Assembly (NCBI GenBank): GCA_031370785.1
Contig: JANMQY010000049.1
Location: forward strand, 1 to 54,135
Origin: Candidatus Eiseniibacteriota bacterium
GTDB taxonomy: Bacteria; Eisenbacteria; RBG-16-71-46
DNA: 54,135 nt
Direction of reading: 5' to 3'
Part shown: positions 9,733-19,813 of the stretch, in pieces
Numbering within the stretch: the first letter of the stretch is position 1
Layout: each line of letters starts with the position of its first letter
Translations under genes and position numbers: made by a program
The notes under the pieces: model-generated
Databases searched by the model: none
The model's input: the letters and a program-made list of their open reading frames with translations, nothing else
Told to the model about the DNA's origin: nothing

Positions 9733-10626
9733 GTGCTCACTTCAGGACCTGAGGACCACTGGATGCGCCTGACCCGTTGCCCCGTCGCTCTCCTCATCGC
9801 GAATCTGGCCGCGATTGCGATGGTTCCGGCATTGGCTGGCGCTCAGTCGCGCTTCGGGACCCCGGCACCGGTGGTTCTGGCTCCGACCACGGCGCTTCTC
9901 ACCGCGCCGCCGCTGGCTTCGTTCACGCTCGGTCAGTCGCAGCCACGGGGCTCCAGAGCCGCCCCGTTCCTGCGCGATCATGCCGCCTTCGCGGCCGTGA
10001 CCTTGACTGCTCTGGCGGCGAGCGCGCGGGCGGACCGCTGGGCCGAGCACCAGCTGCCACGCCAGCAGAACCGGGTCGTCAACAGCCTTTCCATAGCCGG
10101 CGAGAAGATGGGCAACCCGGCCTACGTGGCTCCGCTGCTGATGGCCGGGTACGCGCTCGGGCGATTCCGCCGGGATACGCAGCTGAGCGGCGCTTCGCTG
10201 CGGGTGGCCGGCGCGGTCGGCGGCGCGGTCGTGCTCTCGGAGGGCGTCAAGTTCGCGGTCGGCCGTGCGCGGCCGTCCGAGTCGCCGGGCGACCCCGACA
10301 ATTTCGCTCCGCTTCGCGGCAACAATTCATTCCCGTCCGGCCATACCACAATCGCGTTCGCGCTCGCCTCGGCCATCGACGCCGAGACCGACCGGCGCTG
10401 GGTGCCGTGGGTCGTGTATCCCGCCGCGACGCTCACCGCGTGGTCGCGCATCCAGGATAGCAAGCACTGGATGAGCGACGTCGTGGGCGGCGCCGCGCTC
10501 GGCCTGTGGGCAGGCAGGCGCATCGATCAGTTCGAGCGCGATCGGCTGGGTTCGCTCTCGCGCGTCAAGCTGGTGGTCAAGGGCTCGCGGCGCAGCGTTC
10601 GCGCCGGACTCAGGATGCGCTTCTAG
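9733..10626 (+). CDS. PAP2-family phosphatase (lipid phosphate phosphatase-like)
   Basis: PAP2 motifs K..VGRARP, SFPSGH, SRIQDSKHWMSDV. Start is GTG 9733 after GAGGAGG, or ATG 9763. Confidence 0.85.
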   Translation: MLTSGPEDHWMRLTRCPVALLIANLAAIAMVPALAGAQSRFGTPAPVVLAPTTALLTAPPLASFTLGQSQPRGSRAAPFLRDHAAFAAVTLTALAASARADRWAEHQLPRQQNRVVNSLSIAGEKMGNPAYVAPLLMAGYALGRFRRDTQLSGASLRVAGAVGGAVVLSEGVKFAVGRARPSESPGDPDNFAPLRGNNSFPSGHTTIAFALASAIDAETDRRWVPWVVYPAATLTAWSRIQDSKHWMSDVVGGAALGLWAGRRIDQFERDRLGSLSRVKLVVKGSRRSVRAGLRMRF

Positions 10627-10666
10627 CACACGACCGTCCCGCGGCCCGTCGCGCGCCTGCGCGGCG

Positions 10667-12040
10667 TTAGCCCTGGCTCGCGCGCCGCAGCGGATCTCGA
10701 GACGGCAGCGGCTGCCAGCCCGGAAGCCTCAGCACCATGCGCGCGCCGCCCAGATCCGAACTCTCGACCATCACATCGCCGCCATGGGCGCGGGCCACGC
10801 GCCGCAGCAGTGCGAGGCCGAGGCCGAACCCGGGCCCGCGCGCGCGCGCTTCGGCGCTGCGATAGAACGGATCGAAGATCCGCTCGCGCTCCCCGGCAGG
10901 GATGCCGGGGCCGCCATCCTCGACGCTCAGCCACGCGCCGTCCGCCTTCCCGCCCATGCGGATGCGAATCGGCGATCCCGCGTCGGAGAACTTGAGCGCA
11001 TTCTCGATCAGGTTCTGCACTGCCGAGCCGAGCAGCGCGAGATGCCCGTTCACCATCAGCTCGTCGGGGGCCTCGAGGATGAGGTCCTGGATCCGGTCGG
11101 GCTGCAACGCCAGCCCGTCGCGCACGCGATCGCGCGCCAGATCGGCGAGATTGACCGGCTCGAAGCCGACCGCCGCGCCGCCCGCGCCGGCGCGTCTCAG
11201 CAGGAGCAGCGCCTCCACCAGCTCGCGCATGGTCGCGGCCTGTCGCGCGGCGCGCGCCAGCCCGGCGCGGGCGCGCTCGCCGGTCGCCGGATCGGCCAGC
11301 GCCATCTCGATCTCGCCCGAGATCGCGGTGAGCGGCGTGCGCAGTTCGTGCGAAGCGTCCGAGGTGAAACGGCGCTCGTTGTCGAGCAGGTCGTCGAGAC
11401 GCACCAGCAGGCGGTCGAACGATTCGCGCAGCCGATCCAGCTCGGACACTCCGCTGGGGTCGCCGAGCGAGCGCACGCCGTGGTCGACCGACGCGTTGCG
11501 GGCGCGCCTCTCCATCGCCTCGAGCGGACGCAGCGCGCGCCGTGCGAACCAGCGGCTGACGCCGAGCACGAGCAGGAGCAGTGGCACCGCGCACAGCAGG
11601 AGCGAGCGCGCGAGCACGGTCAGGCTCGCATCGCGCGATGCGGTCGAAACCGAGGTCACTACAGTGAGGCCGCCCGCCGAAGTCGTCGAGTCGCGATGCC
11701 GCGCCACGAGGCGCGCCGGCTTGCCGCCGCTCCCCGAGCCGGTGGGGTGCGAGGCGGTGGAGGCGAGCAGCCGTCCGCTTCGGTCGAAGATGTCGATCTC
11801 GACCTCGACCGGAATCTCCTCGGCCAGGGTCTCGCGCGCGGCGCGCGCGAGGTCGTGGAAGGTTGCCTGCTCGAGGTCCACGCTGAGCGCGATGCGATCC
11901 GCGGTCTCCTTGAGCAGCTGCGACTCGCGCTTGTGCAGCGTCAGGTTGGTGAGCCACAGCGACGATGCCGCGAAGACCAGCACGATCGCGAGCGCGAACG
12001 CCTGCTGCAGAAGCGTGATGCGCCCGACCAGGGATCTCAT
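10667..12040 (-). CDS. Sensor histidine kinase (HAMP + HisKA + HATPase)
   Basis: Two TM helices, HAMP, H-box FTSDASHELRTPL, N-box NLIENALKFS, G1 VEDGGPGI, F/G2 IFDPFYR..GFGLGLA. ATG 12040 overlaps the regulator stop. Confidence 0.92.
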   Translation of the reverse strand: MRSLVGRITLLQQAFALAIVLVFAASSLWLTNLTLHKRESQLLKETADRIALSVDLEQATFHDLARAARETLAEEIPVEVEIDIFDRSGRLLASTASHPTGSGSGGKPARLVARHRDSTTSAGGLTVVTSVSTASRDASLTVLARSLLLCAVPLLLLVLGVSRWFARRALRPLEAMERRARNASVDHGVRSLGDPSGVSELDRLRESFDRLLVRLDDLLDNERRFTSDASHELRTPLTAISGEIEMALADPATGERARAGLARAARQAATMRELVEALLLLRRAGAGGAAVGFEPVNLADLARDRVRDGLALQPDRIQDLILEAPDELMVNGHLALLGSAVQNLIENALKFSDAGSPIRIRMGGKADGAWLSVEDGGPGIPAGERERIFDPFYRSAEARARGPGFGLGLALLRRVARAHGGDVMVESSDLGGARMVLRLPGWQPLPSRDPLRRASQG

Positions 12041-12714
12041 GGGGCCGGCGGCTCGAGCGCGTAGCCGACACCGCGCAGCGTGCGCAGGCACTCGGTGCCG
12101 TCGTCGGTGGTGAGCTTGCGCCGGATCCGGCTCACGATCACATCCAGGCTCTCGGAGGCGCGCGGTCCCGCGTCGCCCCACGCGGATTCGAGCAGCTCGT
12201 GTCGCGGGACCACCCGCCCGCGCCGCGCCGCCAGCAGCTCGAGCACGGTCCATTCCCGCGCGGTGAGCGGCACCTCGGACCCGTCGCGCATCACGCGCCG
12301 GCTCGCGAAGTCGAGCACCATCCCTGGCCATTCGAGGCGCGCGGGCGGCGTCGCGCCCTGGCGCCGCCCGAGCGCGCGCAGCCGCGCGTGCAGCTCGGCG
12401 AGCGCGAACGGCTTCTTGAGGTAGTCGTCGGCGCCGGCGTCGAGCCCGGCCACCCGATCGGTCACCTCGGCGCGCGCGGTCAGGAACAGGATCGGGGTGG
12501 TGTTTCCCAGCTCTCGCAGCTCGCGGCACAGGTCGAGGCCGCTGCCGTCGGGAAGCTCGATGTCGATCACGATGACATCGAAGATCCCGTCGTTCGCGGC
12601 CTTGAGGCCGGTCGCGCGGCGTGCGGCGGTCACCAGCGTGTGGCCGGCCGATGCGAGCGAATGCTCGAGCAGCTCGCGCGTGGGCGCACTGTCTTCCACC
12701 ACCAGGACATGCAT
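12037..12714 (-). CDS. OmpR-family DNA-binding response regulator
   Basis: VLVVED, IVIDIELPDGSG (phospho-Asp), GADDYLKKPF, winged helix ending TLRGVGY. Alternative start GTG 12726. Confidence 0.93.
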   Translation of the reverse strand: MHVLVVEDSAPTRELLEHSLASAGHTLVTAARRATGLKAANDGIFDVIVIDIELPDGSGLDLCRELRELGNTTPILFLTARAEVTDRVAGLDAGADDYLKKPFALAELHARLRALGRRQGATPPARLEWPGMVLDFASRRVMRDGSEVPLTAREWTVLELLAARRGRVVPRHELLESAWGDAGPRASESLDVIVSRIRRKLTTDDGTECLRTLRGVGYALEPPAP

Positions 12715-12722
12715 GACGAGTT

Positions 12723-15700
12723 TCACTCCCCGAGCGGCACGCTCGCGCGTTGCGGTCCGATGCGCTGCGGCGCAGGTCCCGGCTCGAGGCCGCCGGTGTG
12801 CGCGAGCAGCGCGGGCAGCACGAACAGGACCAGCGGGGCCGAGTTGAGGAAGCCGCCCACCACCGCGATCGCGAGCGGTTTTAGCAGCGCGCTGCCCGAG
12901 CCGACGCCCAGCGCCAGAGGAGCGAGCGCGGCGATTCCCGCGACCGTGGTCATCAGCACTGGCCGGGTGCGGCGCCGCGCGGCAGCCACCGCCGCATCGC
13001 CCGGGGTCGCCCCGTGCCTCAATCCCTCGAGGTATTCGGCCACCACAAAGTACGCGTTTTCCGCGACGATTCCGACCAGCATGATCGCGCCGACGTAGCT
13101 CGAGATGTTGAGCGTGGCGCCCGAGACTCTCAGTGCGAGGAACACGCCGGCGAGCGAGGCGCCGCACACCAGCAGCACCGAGGCGCTCCGCGTCCACGAA
13201 CGGAACGAGATCAGCAGGATCAGGAACACCGCCGCGGCCGCTCCGATCAGCACCTGAAGCAGGCCCCGGAAGGAAGACTGCTGCTCGGCGAACAGGCCGC
13301 CATACTCGATGTGCATTCCCGGCGGCAGAGCCACGTCGCGGGCGATCAGCGCCTGGATCCCGCGCACCGCCGATCCGATGTCACGTCCCGAGAGCCGCGC
13401 GGTCACGTCGCTCATCTCCTGCTGGTTGTCGCGCACGATCTCGGTTTCCCCGGCCGAACGGGTCAGCGTAGCGACGTCGCCGAGGCGGGCCGAGCCGCCG
13501 GCCGGGAGCGGAACGCGAAGCTCGGCGAGCCCGGCGAGCTCCTGCGACGCCCGCGCGACCAGGACGCGCACCGGCCAGGCGCGCGCCCCGCGCGGGATCT
13601 GACCGGCATCGACGCCGGCGACCGCCGGCTGGACCGCGCGCATCAGATCGTCCGCGCCGAGTCCCGCGAGATGCGCGCCCGGTCCCGGCACCACCGAAAG
13701 GCTGGGGCCGCTGACCACGACCCCGTTGCGCACGTCGACCACGCCGTTCACGTGCTCGATGCGCGAGGCGACCTCGAGCGCGCGCTCCTGGAGCAGCGCG
13801 CGGTCCTGGCCGAAGATGCGGATCTCGATCGGCTGGGGAGCGGTGGTCAGATCTCCGATCACATCCTCGATCAGATGGCCGAACTCGACCTGGATCGCGG
13901 GCTGGGCCGCCTCGACCCGGGCGCGCAGGTCGTCCGCGATCTCGGCGGCGCTGCGCTTGCGCCGGGTGCGCAGCTGCAGCACGTAATCCCCGGTGTTGGG
14001 CTCGGTGATGAAGAACCCGAGCTGATCCCCGGTGCGCCGCGACCAGGTCTCGATCTCGGGAGTGATGTCGATCTCGTGATCCACCCGGCGCAGCATCGCG
14101 TCGGTCTCGACCAGCGACGTGCCCGGCGGGGTGGCGTAGTCGAGGATCAGCGAGCCCTCGTCCATCTCGGGCAGGAACCCGGTGCCAATCGTGGCGAGCA
14201 GCGGAACGCACGCGGCGAGCAGCAGCAGGACGGGCACGAGACCGACCCAGCGATGACGCACCGCCCGGTCGATGAACCGGTCGTACCCCGCGCTCAGGCG
14301 ATGCGGCCGCGCGGCGCGCCGCGCGCGCGGCCGGGTCAGCATCGGCACCAGCGTCAGGCACAGCAGCAGCGAGCTCGAGAGCATGAGCGTCATCGACAGC
14401 GACAGCACGCGGAAGAATGCGCCGGTGACTCCATCGAGCCCGGCGAATGGCACGAACACCGCGATCGTGCACAGCGTCGAGCCGAGCAGCGAGGGAAAGA
14501 TCTCGGCCATGGCCGCCGGCACGTCGACGCCGTTGATCTGATCCGCCGCGCGGTGCGCGAGATGCTCGACCACAACGATGGCGTCGTCCAGCACCAGCCC
14601 GACCGCCGCCGCGATCCCGCCGAGCGTCATCATGTTCAGGCTCTGGTGCGTGATCGAGAGGCCGAGCAGGGTCAGCGCGATGCTGCCGGGCAGCACCGCC
14701 GCTCCAGCGAGCCCCAGGCGCAGGCTGCCGAGGAACAGCGCGACTACCAGGATCGCGATCAGCCCTCCGACCAGCAGGCTGTCACGCACGCTGTCGATCG
14801 ACGAGCGCACCAGATGGGACTGGTCGTAGAAGACTTCCATCGCGACCCCGCGCGGAATCACTTCCTTGTGGATGGCGAACCAGTTGGCGACCGCCACCCC
14901 GACCCCGAGCGTGCTCGCGTCGGGCCGGCGCAGCACGTTGACCAGCACCGCATCGCCGCCGTGCGCGACGTGCCGCGTGAATTCGGGCGCCTCATCCAGC
15001 GTCACCCTGCCGAGTGCCTTCAGCGGCACCGGCGAGCCCCTGGGCGTCGGGATCGGCAGGTTCTCGAGCGCGGTCAGGTCGGCGGGCCGCGCATCGATCA
15101 GTCCGAGGTAGAGCTGGTGGTTGGCCTCGAGCAGCCCCACCGATTCGAGCACACCCGAAGCGCGGATCACGTCCGCGACCGCGGTGGCATCGAGTCCGCG
15201 CGCCTGGAGCGCGGCGGGATCGAGCGTCACCCGCGCCTCGGGGCGGCGCCCGCCCTGGATCACGACATCGGAGACGCCGGGCAGGCACGCCAGCTCCGGC
15301 TGCAGGATCAACTCGGCCAGATCACGCAGCTCGACCAGGCGGTGCGTGCGCGAGGTGAGCGAGAGTCCGAGGATCGGGAACTGCGCCGGGCTCATCAGCC
15401 GCGCTTCGACCGCGGCGCCGGCCGGCAGGTCGCCACGCACCGCGTCGAGCCGGGCCTGCACGCGCTGGAGCATGAGATTCATGTCCACGTTCCAAGCGCC
15501 GTCGAGATGGATCTCGGTCGAGCCGCGACTGGTGGTCGAACGGATCTCGCGCACGTCGGGCACGCGCCTGAGCGACGCTTCGAGCGGGCGGGTGACCATG
15601 CGCAGCATCTCTTCCGCGGGCCGTTCGCCGGCGTCCGCGATCACCGAGATGCGCGGGAAGGTGACCTCGGGCAGGATGCCCGCCGGAAGGTGGGTCAGGG

Positions 15701-15785
15701 CGAGGAACCCCAGCGCGCCGAGCACCGCCAGCGCCGCGAGCCATGCGCGGCGCTGTACCCGCACTCCGCGGAAGAAGCCGATCAC
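12723..15785 (-). CDS. RND efflux transporter permease (AcrB/CzcA family)
   Basis: 1020 aa. LNMMTLGG..VGLVLDDAIVVVE, FLPEMDEG, RTRPVLMTT, PLAIAVVGG motifs. Confidence 0.93.
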   Translation of the reverse strand: MIGFFRGVRVQRRAWLAALAVLGALGFLALTHLPAGILPEVTFPRISVIADAGERPAEEMLRMVTRPLEASLRRVPDVREIRSTTSRGSTEIHLDGAWNVDMNLMLQRVQARLDAVRGDLPAGAAVEARLMSPAQFPILGLSLTSRTHRLVELRDLAELILQPELACLPGVSDVVIQGGRRPEARVTLDPAALQARGLDATAVADVIRASGVLESVGLLEANHQLYLGLIDARPADLTALENLPIPTPRGSPVPLKALGRVTLDEAPEFTRHVAHGGDAVLVNVLRRPDASTLGVGVAVANWFAIHKEVIPRGVAMEVFYDQSHLVRSSIDSVRDSLLVGGLIAILVVALFLGSLRLGLAGAAVLPGSIALTLLGLSITHQSLNMMTLGGIAAAVGLVLDDAIVVVEHLAHRAADQINGVDVPAAMAEIFPSLLGSTLCTIAVFVPFAGLDGVTGAFFRVLSLSMTLMLSSSLLLCLTLVPMLTRPRARRAARPHRLSAGYDRFIDRAVRHRWVGLVPVLLLLAACVPLLATIGTGFLPEMDEGSLILDYATPPGTSLVETDAMLRRVDHEIDITPEIETWSRRTGDQLGFFITEPNTGDYVLQLRTRRKRSAAEIADDLRARVEAAQPAIQVEFGHLIEDVIGDLTTAPQPIEIRIFGQDRALLQERALEVASRIEHVNGVVDVRNGVVVSGPSLSVVPGPGAHLAGLGADDLMRAVQPAVAGVDAGQIPRGARAWPVRVLVARASQELAGLAELRVPLPAGGSARLGDVATLTRSAGETEIVRDNQQEMSDVTARLSGRDIGSAVRGIQALIARDVALPPGMHIEYGGLFAEQQSSFRGLLQVLIGAAAAVFLILLISFRSWTRSASVLLVCGASLAGVFLALRVSGATLNISSYVGAIMLVGIVAENAYFVVAEYLEGLRHGATPGDAAVAAARRRTRPVLMTTVAGIAALAPLALGVGSGSALLKPLAIAVVGGFLNSAPLVLFVLPALLAHTGGLEPGPAPQRIGPQRASVPLGE

Positions 15786-16753
15786 GGAGTCACGCGCACG
15801 CGAGTGCTGTCGGGAAGACCACGCTGGCCCTGCACCACCAGGCGCGTGCCCGGCGCCAGCGCCGGCGCCTTGAGCTCGCGCCAGCCGTCGGACAGCACCC
15901 CGATCTCGGCTTGGACCCAGTGCGCGCGGTTGTCCCGGTCCACGACCGCGATGCGCCGGATGCCAGTCAGGTCATCCTCGACCAGCGCCGAGTCGGGGAT
16001 CGCCCGCGAGCGGCGAGGGGTGCCGACTTCGATCGACGCGGTGCCGAACTGGTTGATCTGGATTCCGGCCTGGCTCGCCGAGGGCGTGAGCATCACCAGC
16101 GTGCTCGGATCTCCCTCGGTGCCGATCGGCAACACGCGCTGAACGCTGACCGCATGGCGCAGGCCGTCGGCATCCACCACCACGCCGATCTGTCCGCCGT
16201 GCACCTTCGGCGCCTCGAGTGGCGAGACCTTCGCCTGGAACACGACCGCGCCCTGCGGAACGATGGTCAGGATCTCCGACGCCTGGGCGACCTCGGTGCC
16301 CGCGGCGACCGAGACCTTGGAGACCACGCCGCCCCGGGCGGCGACCAGCGGCACCCGGACCCGGTCACGCTGGGCGAGAGCGCTCGCGCGCGCGGCCTCG
16401 GCGCGCGCGGCCGGATCGCGCGCCTCGCGCACCATGAGCTCGGCGCCGCGCAGCGCCGCGCGCGACTCGCGGGTCTCGAGTCGCGCCAGGGTGCGGCCGG
16501 CCTCGACCCGATCGCCCAGCCGCACGTTCAGCTCCTCGACCACCGCGTCGAATGGCGCATTCACGATCAGGTCGCCGTTCGAGCGCCAGTCGCCCGGAGC
16601 CTCGATCCGGTCCACGAACGCCTGGATCGTGACCGAGCCGAGCACCACATCCACCACCGGATCGGCGGCGGTCGGGTCTGAGGGAGCGTGCGTGCAGCCG
16701 GCGCATAGCACGGCCGCAAGCGCGACCGCGATCCGCATGCCTCTCGAGATCAT
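15782..16753 (-). CDS. Efflux RND periplasmic adaptor (membrane fusion protein), probable lipoprotein
   Basis: Lipobox-like LCAGC. Lipoyl-like halves (V..GDRVEAG..LA), AIP..AL, V.IG, L.PG..LVVQGQ. Lies between TolC and RND with overlapping stop/start codons. Confidence 0.88.
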   Translation of the reverse strand: MISRGMRIAVALAAVLCAGCTHAPSDPTAADPVVDVVLGSVTIQAFVDRIEAPGDWRSNGDLIVNAPFDAVVEELNVRLGDRVEAGRTLARLETRESRAALRGAELMVREARDPAARAEAARASALAQRDRVRVPLVAARGGVVSKVSVAAGTEVAQASEILTIVPQGAVVFQAKVSPLEAPKVHGGQIGVVVDADGLRHAVSVQRVLPIGTEGDPSTLVMLTPSASQAGIQINQFGTASIEVGTPRRSRAIPDSALVEDDLTGIRRIAVVDRDNRAHWVQAEIGVLSDGWRELKAPALAPGTRLVVQGQRGLPDSTRVRVTP

Positions 16754-18198
16754 CGCAGAGCCTCCGCTTCGAAACGTGCCGCGCGCACCTCGGCGCGCGC
16801 CCCGGTGAGACGATCGAGCGTGTCGTCCAGCACGCGCTGCGCATCGAGCCACTCGAGCAGCGTGCCGACGCCGCCCACATACAGGCTTTCGCGGCGCAGC
16901 GTGTTCTCCTCGGCCGCGTTCAGCGTGGCCTCGGCGGCGGCGAACCGGGCGGCAGCGGCGCGCCAGCGCGCGAGCACGTCGCGCACCGCGCGGCGCGCGT
17001 CGGCGAGCGCGAGATCGTGCCGCACCCGCGCCGCATCCAGCGCCGCACGCCGGGCATTTCGCGCGGACCCCAGGGTCGGGTCGGCGAGCGGAGCCTTGAA
17101 GTCGATCGCCAGCTCCGCGCCCGCGTCACGGCGAAGACGGTCGGCGAAGCTGGCGCCGGGATTCTGGGCGCGGAGGTCCTCGGGGACGAGCGTGGTGGTG
17201 TTGGTACCGGCGAGGCCGGCATCGGCATGAAGGTCGAGCTGCACCGCGCCGAGTCGCAGCGCTTCCTCGAGCGCGAGGCGTCCCTCGGCCTGGGCCAGCC
17301 GCGCACTCTGGATCTCGGGCGCGCGCTCGGCGGCCCGCTCGAGCGCGACCGAGTCGGCCGCGAGGGGGCCTCGCTCGTCGGTCGAATCGGGTCCGCGGAC
17401 CGCGAACCGATGGTCGGGAGGAAGGCCGATCCAGCGCGCCAGCTCGCGACGAGTTTCCTCGAGCTCCTGCGCGATCTGGCTGCTCGTCGCGGCCACGCTC
17501 TCGCGTTCGAGGTTCAGGCGCAGCTCATCGTCGCGCGAGCGCACTCCGGCCCGCACTCCGGCGGCGGTGCGCAGCGCGAACCGGCTCAGGCGCTCGATCA
17601 CGCCCTGTGCGGTGCGCTGGCGCTCTTCCAGGCTCAGCAGCGTGACCGCCAGCTGCGCGGCGCTGCGCGCCGCATCGCGCCGGCTGCGCGCCAGCTCGTT
17701 GAGCGCGGTGGTGTCGCCGAGCATCGCCCGCGCACGCGCGCGCCGGCGTGCGCCTCCGTCCAGCAGCGGCCAGTCCACGATCGGGCCGAGCCGATACTCG
17801 CCGAGATTGGTGATCGCGGGATCGTACCAGCCGCGCGGCGCGATCAGCGCGCGGGCCCCGAGCGACAGTGCGGGGCGTCGGTTACGCGCGGCGGCCGAAG
17901 CTTCGAATGCGGCGGCCGCGCGATCCGAGGCCGCAGCGCGCACCTCGGGCGCAAGCTCGCGCGCCAGCTGCATGCAGCGCTCGATCGAGAGCGAATCGAT
18001 CGGAGGGAAGGCGCGGGTCCGCGCGTCGGCCGCGGCCTCCTCGCGTGCCCCCGCGTCGGCCGGGGCCTCGTCCTGCGCCCCTGCGGTGGGGGACGCGGGT
18101 GAAGGCGCTTCGAGACCCGCGGCTGCGGGCTTCACCGGCGCGTACGCGGCGATGAACGCGAGCGCCAGTGCGCCCACCGGCGCTGCGAGGCGCTTCAC
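16750..18198 (-). CDS. TolC-family outer membrane efflux protein
   Basis: GTG 18198 overlaps the upstream stop. Signal peptide, coiled-coil repeats, C-terminal Y.GGVGTLLEWLDAQ signature. Confidence 0.85.
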   Translation of the reverse strand: MKRLAAPVGALALAFIAAYAPVKPAAAGLEAPSPASPTAGAQDEAPADAGAREEAAADARTRAFPPIDSLSIERCMQLARELAPEVRAAASDRAAAAFEASAAARNRRPALSLGARALIAPRGWYDPAITNLGEYRLGPIVDWPLLDGGARRRARARAMLGDTTALNELARSRRDAARSAAQLAVTLLSLEERQRTAQGVIERLSRFALRTAAGVRAGVRSRDDELRLNLERESVAATSSQIAQELEETRRELARWIGLPPDHRFAVRGPDSTDERGPLAADSVALERAAERAPEIQSARLAQAEGRLALEEALRLGAVQLDLHADAGLAGTNTTTLVPEDLRAQNPGASFADRLRRDAGAELAIDFKAPLADPTLGSARNARRAALDAARVRHDLALADARRAVRDVLARWRAAAARFAAAEATLNAAEENTLRRESLYVGGVGTLLEWLDAQRVLDDTLDRLTGARAEVRAARFEAEALR

Positions 18199-18845
18199 GA
18201 TTTCAATGCCTTCTCGACGACGTCCACGAGGTCCAGCAGCCGCTTCGCGGGGCGCGCGTCGCCTGAAGAGGAAACCGGGGTGGCGAGCGCGGCTGTGGTG
18301 GCGGTCCGGAACTGGCGGGCGAGCGCCCGCTTGTGCTGCGCGGTGAGGTGGCTCTCGACCAGGTCGAGCGCGCGCTGCGTGCCATCCGGCCAGCGCACCG
18401 CCGCGCCGTGGGCGCGCAGCCACGCCGCCAGACCGACCAGGTCCAGCCGCATCAGCGCATCGTCGAGGCCTTTGCTTCCCGGCGCGAACGAGCGCTCCGA
18501 CAGCTCCCACGCGGCACGCGCCGCGTTCATCGAACGCCCGCCACGCGCCTCGGCGGTGACGCGCGCGATCAGCGAATCGCCGGCCGCAACGAAGGCCAGC
18601 TCCTTCGCGTGATCCTTCCACCACGATTCGGCTCGGAGCGCCGCGGGCAGTGCGCGCTCCGGATGACCGTCGATGTTCGCCTCGGTAACGCCTTCGAGGC
18701 GCTCGCGAAGCTCGAATGCGGGATTGGCCGCGGCGTGCGCGGGGTGGCCGGACGAGACCGGCGCGGGTGCCGGCACCGCGGACCCGGCGAGGGCCAGCAG
18801 TGCGAGCGCGGCGGCGAGAGGCGTGAAAACGGGATTGGCGCGCAT
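18195..18845 (-). CDS. Hypothetical exported helical protein heading the efflux operon
   Basis: AGGAG RBS. Signal peptide MRANPVFTPLAAALALLALAG. GTGA overlap with tolC. Confidence 0.65.
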   Translation of the reverse strand: MRANPVFTPLAAALALLALAGSAVPAPAPVSSGHPAHAAANPAFELRERLEGVTEANIDGHPERALPAALRAESWWKDHAKELAFVAAGDSLIARVTAEARGGRSMNAARAAWELSERSFAPGSKGLDDALMRLDLVGLAAWLRAHGAAVRWPDGTQRALDLVESHLTAQHKRALARQFRTATTAALATPVSSSGDARPAKRLLDLVDVVEKALKS

Positions 18846-18902
18846 TCGAGTCGTCTCCTGTGGGTTGTTGAGATGCGGAGTCGTCGAATCTTCGGCGCGA
18901 CA

Positions 18903-18921
18903 TCTGAACGGAGTCTGAACG
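18903..18921 (-). promoter_or_regulatory. Candidate OmpR-family operator (8-bp direct repeat, 11-bp period)
   Basis: TCTGAACG at 18903-18910 and 18914-18921, about 60 nt upstream of the efflux/TCS operon start. Confidence 0.45.
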
Positions 18922-18961
18922 CCTGTCCGGCGCCTCGCCCCGACGGCATCGGGGCCGGGCT

Positions 18962-19813
18962 CTACCCCGCGAGGGCCCGCAGGTACTCCTCGATCACGGC
19001 GCGCAGGCGCACCGCGGCCCGATCCGCCACTTCGGTGACGTCCCGGTGGGTGAGCGGCGTGTCCGAGAGGCCGGTTGCGCGGTTTGTAATGCACGAGAGA
19101 CTTGCGCAGGCGCAACCCAGTTCCGCGGCCACCGTCACCTCGTGCACCGTGCTCATGCAGGCAACGTCCGCGCCCAGCGCGAAGGCCATCCGCACTTCGG
19201 CGGCGGTTTCGTAGCTCGGGCCGTGTCCGCCCATGAGCGTGCCGCGATGCAGGGCCACGCCGGCGCGCAGCGCCGCGGCCACCAGCGCCTGGCGCAGCTC
19301 GGGGTCGTAGTCGCTCGCGACCCGGCGCCCGGCGCGCCGCTCGACCAGCTCGGCCGGGGTGAACAGGCCGCGCCGTCCGATGAAGTTGATGTGGTCGACC
19401 GCCACCATCAGGTCGGCGGGCGCGTACTCCGGATTGAGCGCGCCGACCGCGTTGGTGAAGATCATGGTCCGTGCGCCGAGCGCGTGCATCACGCGCAGCC
19501 CGAAGGTGACGCGATCCAGCGTGTAGCCCTCGTAGCGGTGGCTGCGCCCGGCGAGCGCCACCACCGGAACTCCGCCCAGGTGCCCGAGCGCGAGGCGTCC
19601 GGCGTGACCGCTCACGGTGGAGCGCGGCCAGTGCGGCAGCGTGCCGGTCGGAAAAGTCTCGGGCCCCTCGAGCGCATCCACCACGCCGCCGAGTCCGGAT
19701 CCGAGCGTGAGCGCGACCCTGGGCACGAGCATCGAGTTCGCGCGCACCGCCGCCACTGCCTCATCGACGCGGCGCGCGAGGTCGTGGGTGGGCAGGTCGG
19801 GTGTCACGCTCAT
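18962..19813 (-). CDS. punA: Purine-nucleoside phosphorylase (trimeric PunA/XapA type)
   Basis: LGSGLG, STVSGHAG, GR.H.YEG, TNAVG, DHIN, GPSYET.AE, MST, ITN motifs. ATG 19813 overlaps the permease stop. Confidence 0.9.
   Translation of the reverse strand: MSVTPDLPTHDLARRVDEAVAAVRANSMLVPRVALTLGSGLGGVVDALEGPETFPTGTLPHWPRSTVSGHAGRLALGHLGGVPVVALAGRSHRYEGYTLDRVTFGLRVMHALGARTMIFTNAVGALNPEYAPADLMVAVDHINFIGRRGLFTPAELVERRAGRRVASDYDPELRQALVAAALRAGVALHRGTLMGGHGPSYETAAEVRMAFALGADVACMSTVHEVTVAAELGCACASLSCITNRATGLSDTPLTHRDVTEVADRAAVRLRAVIEEYLRALAG

Noticed and set aside
13014..16142. 1042-aa plus-strand ORF
   Set aside because: Antisense shadow of the RND/MFP genes, with no recognisable domain.
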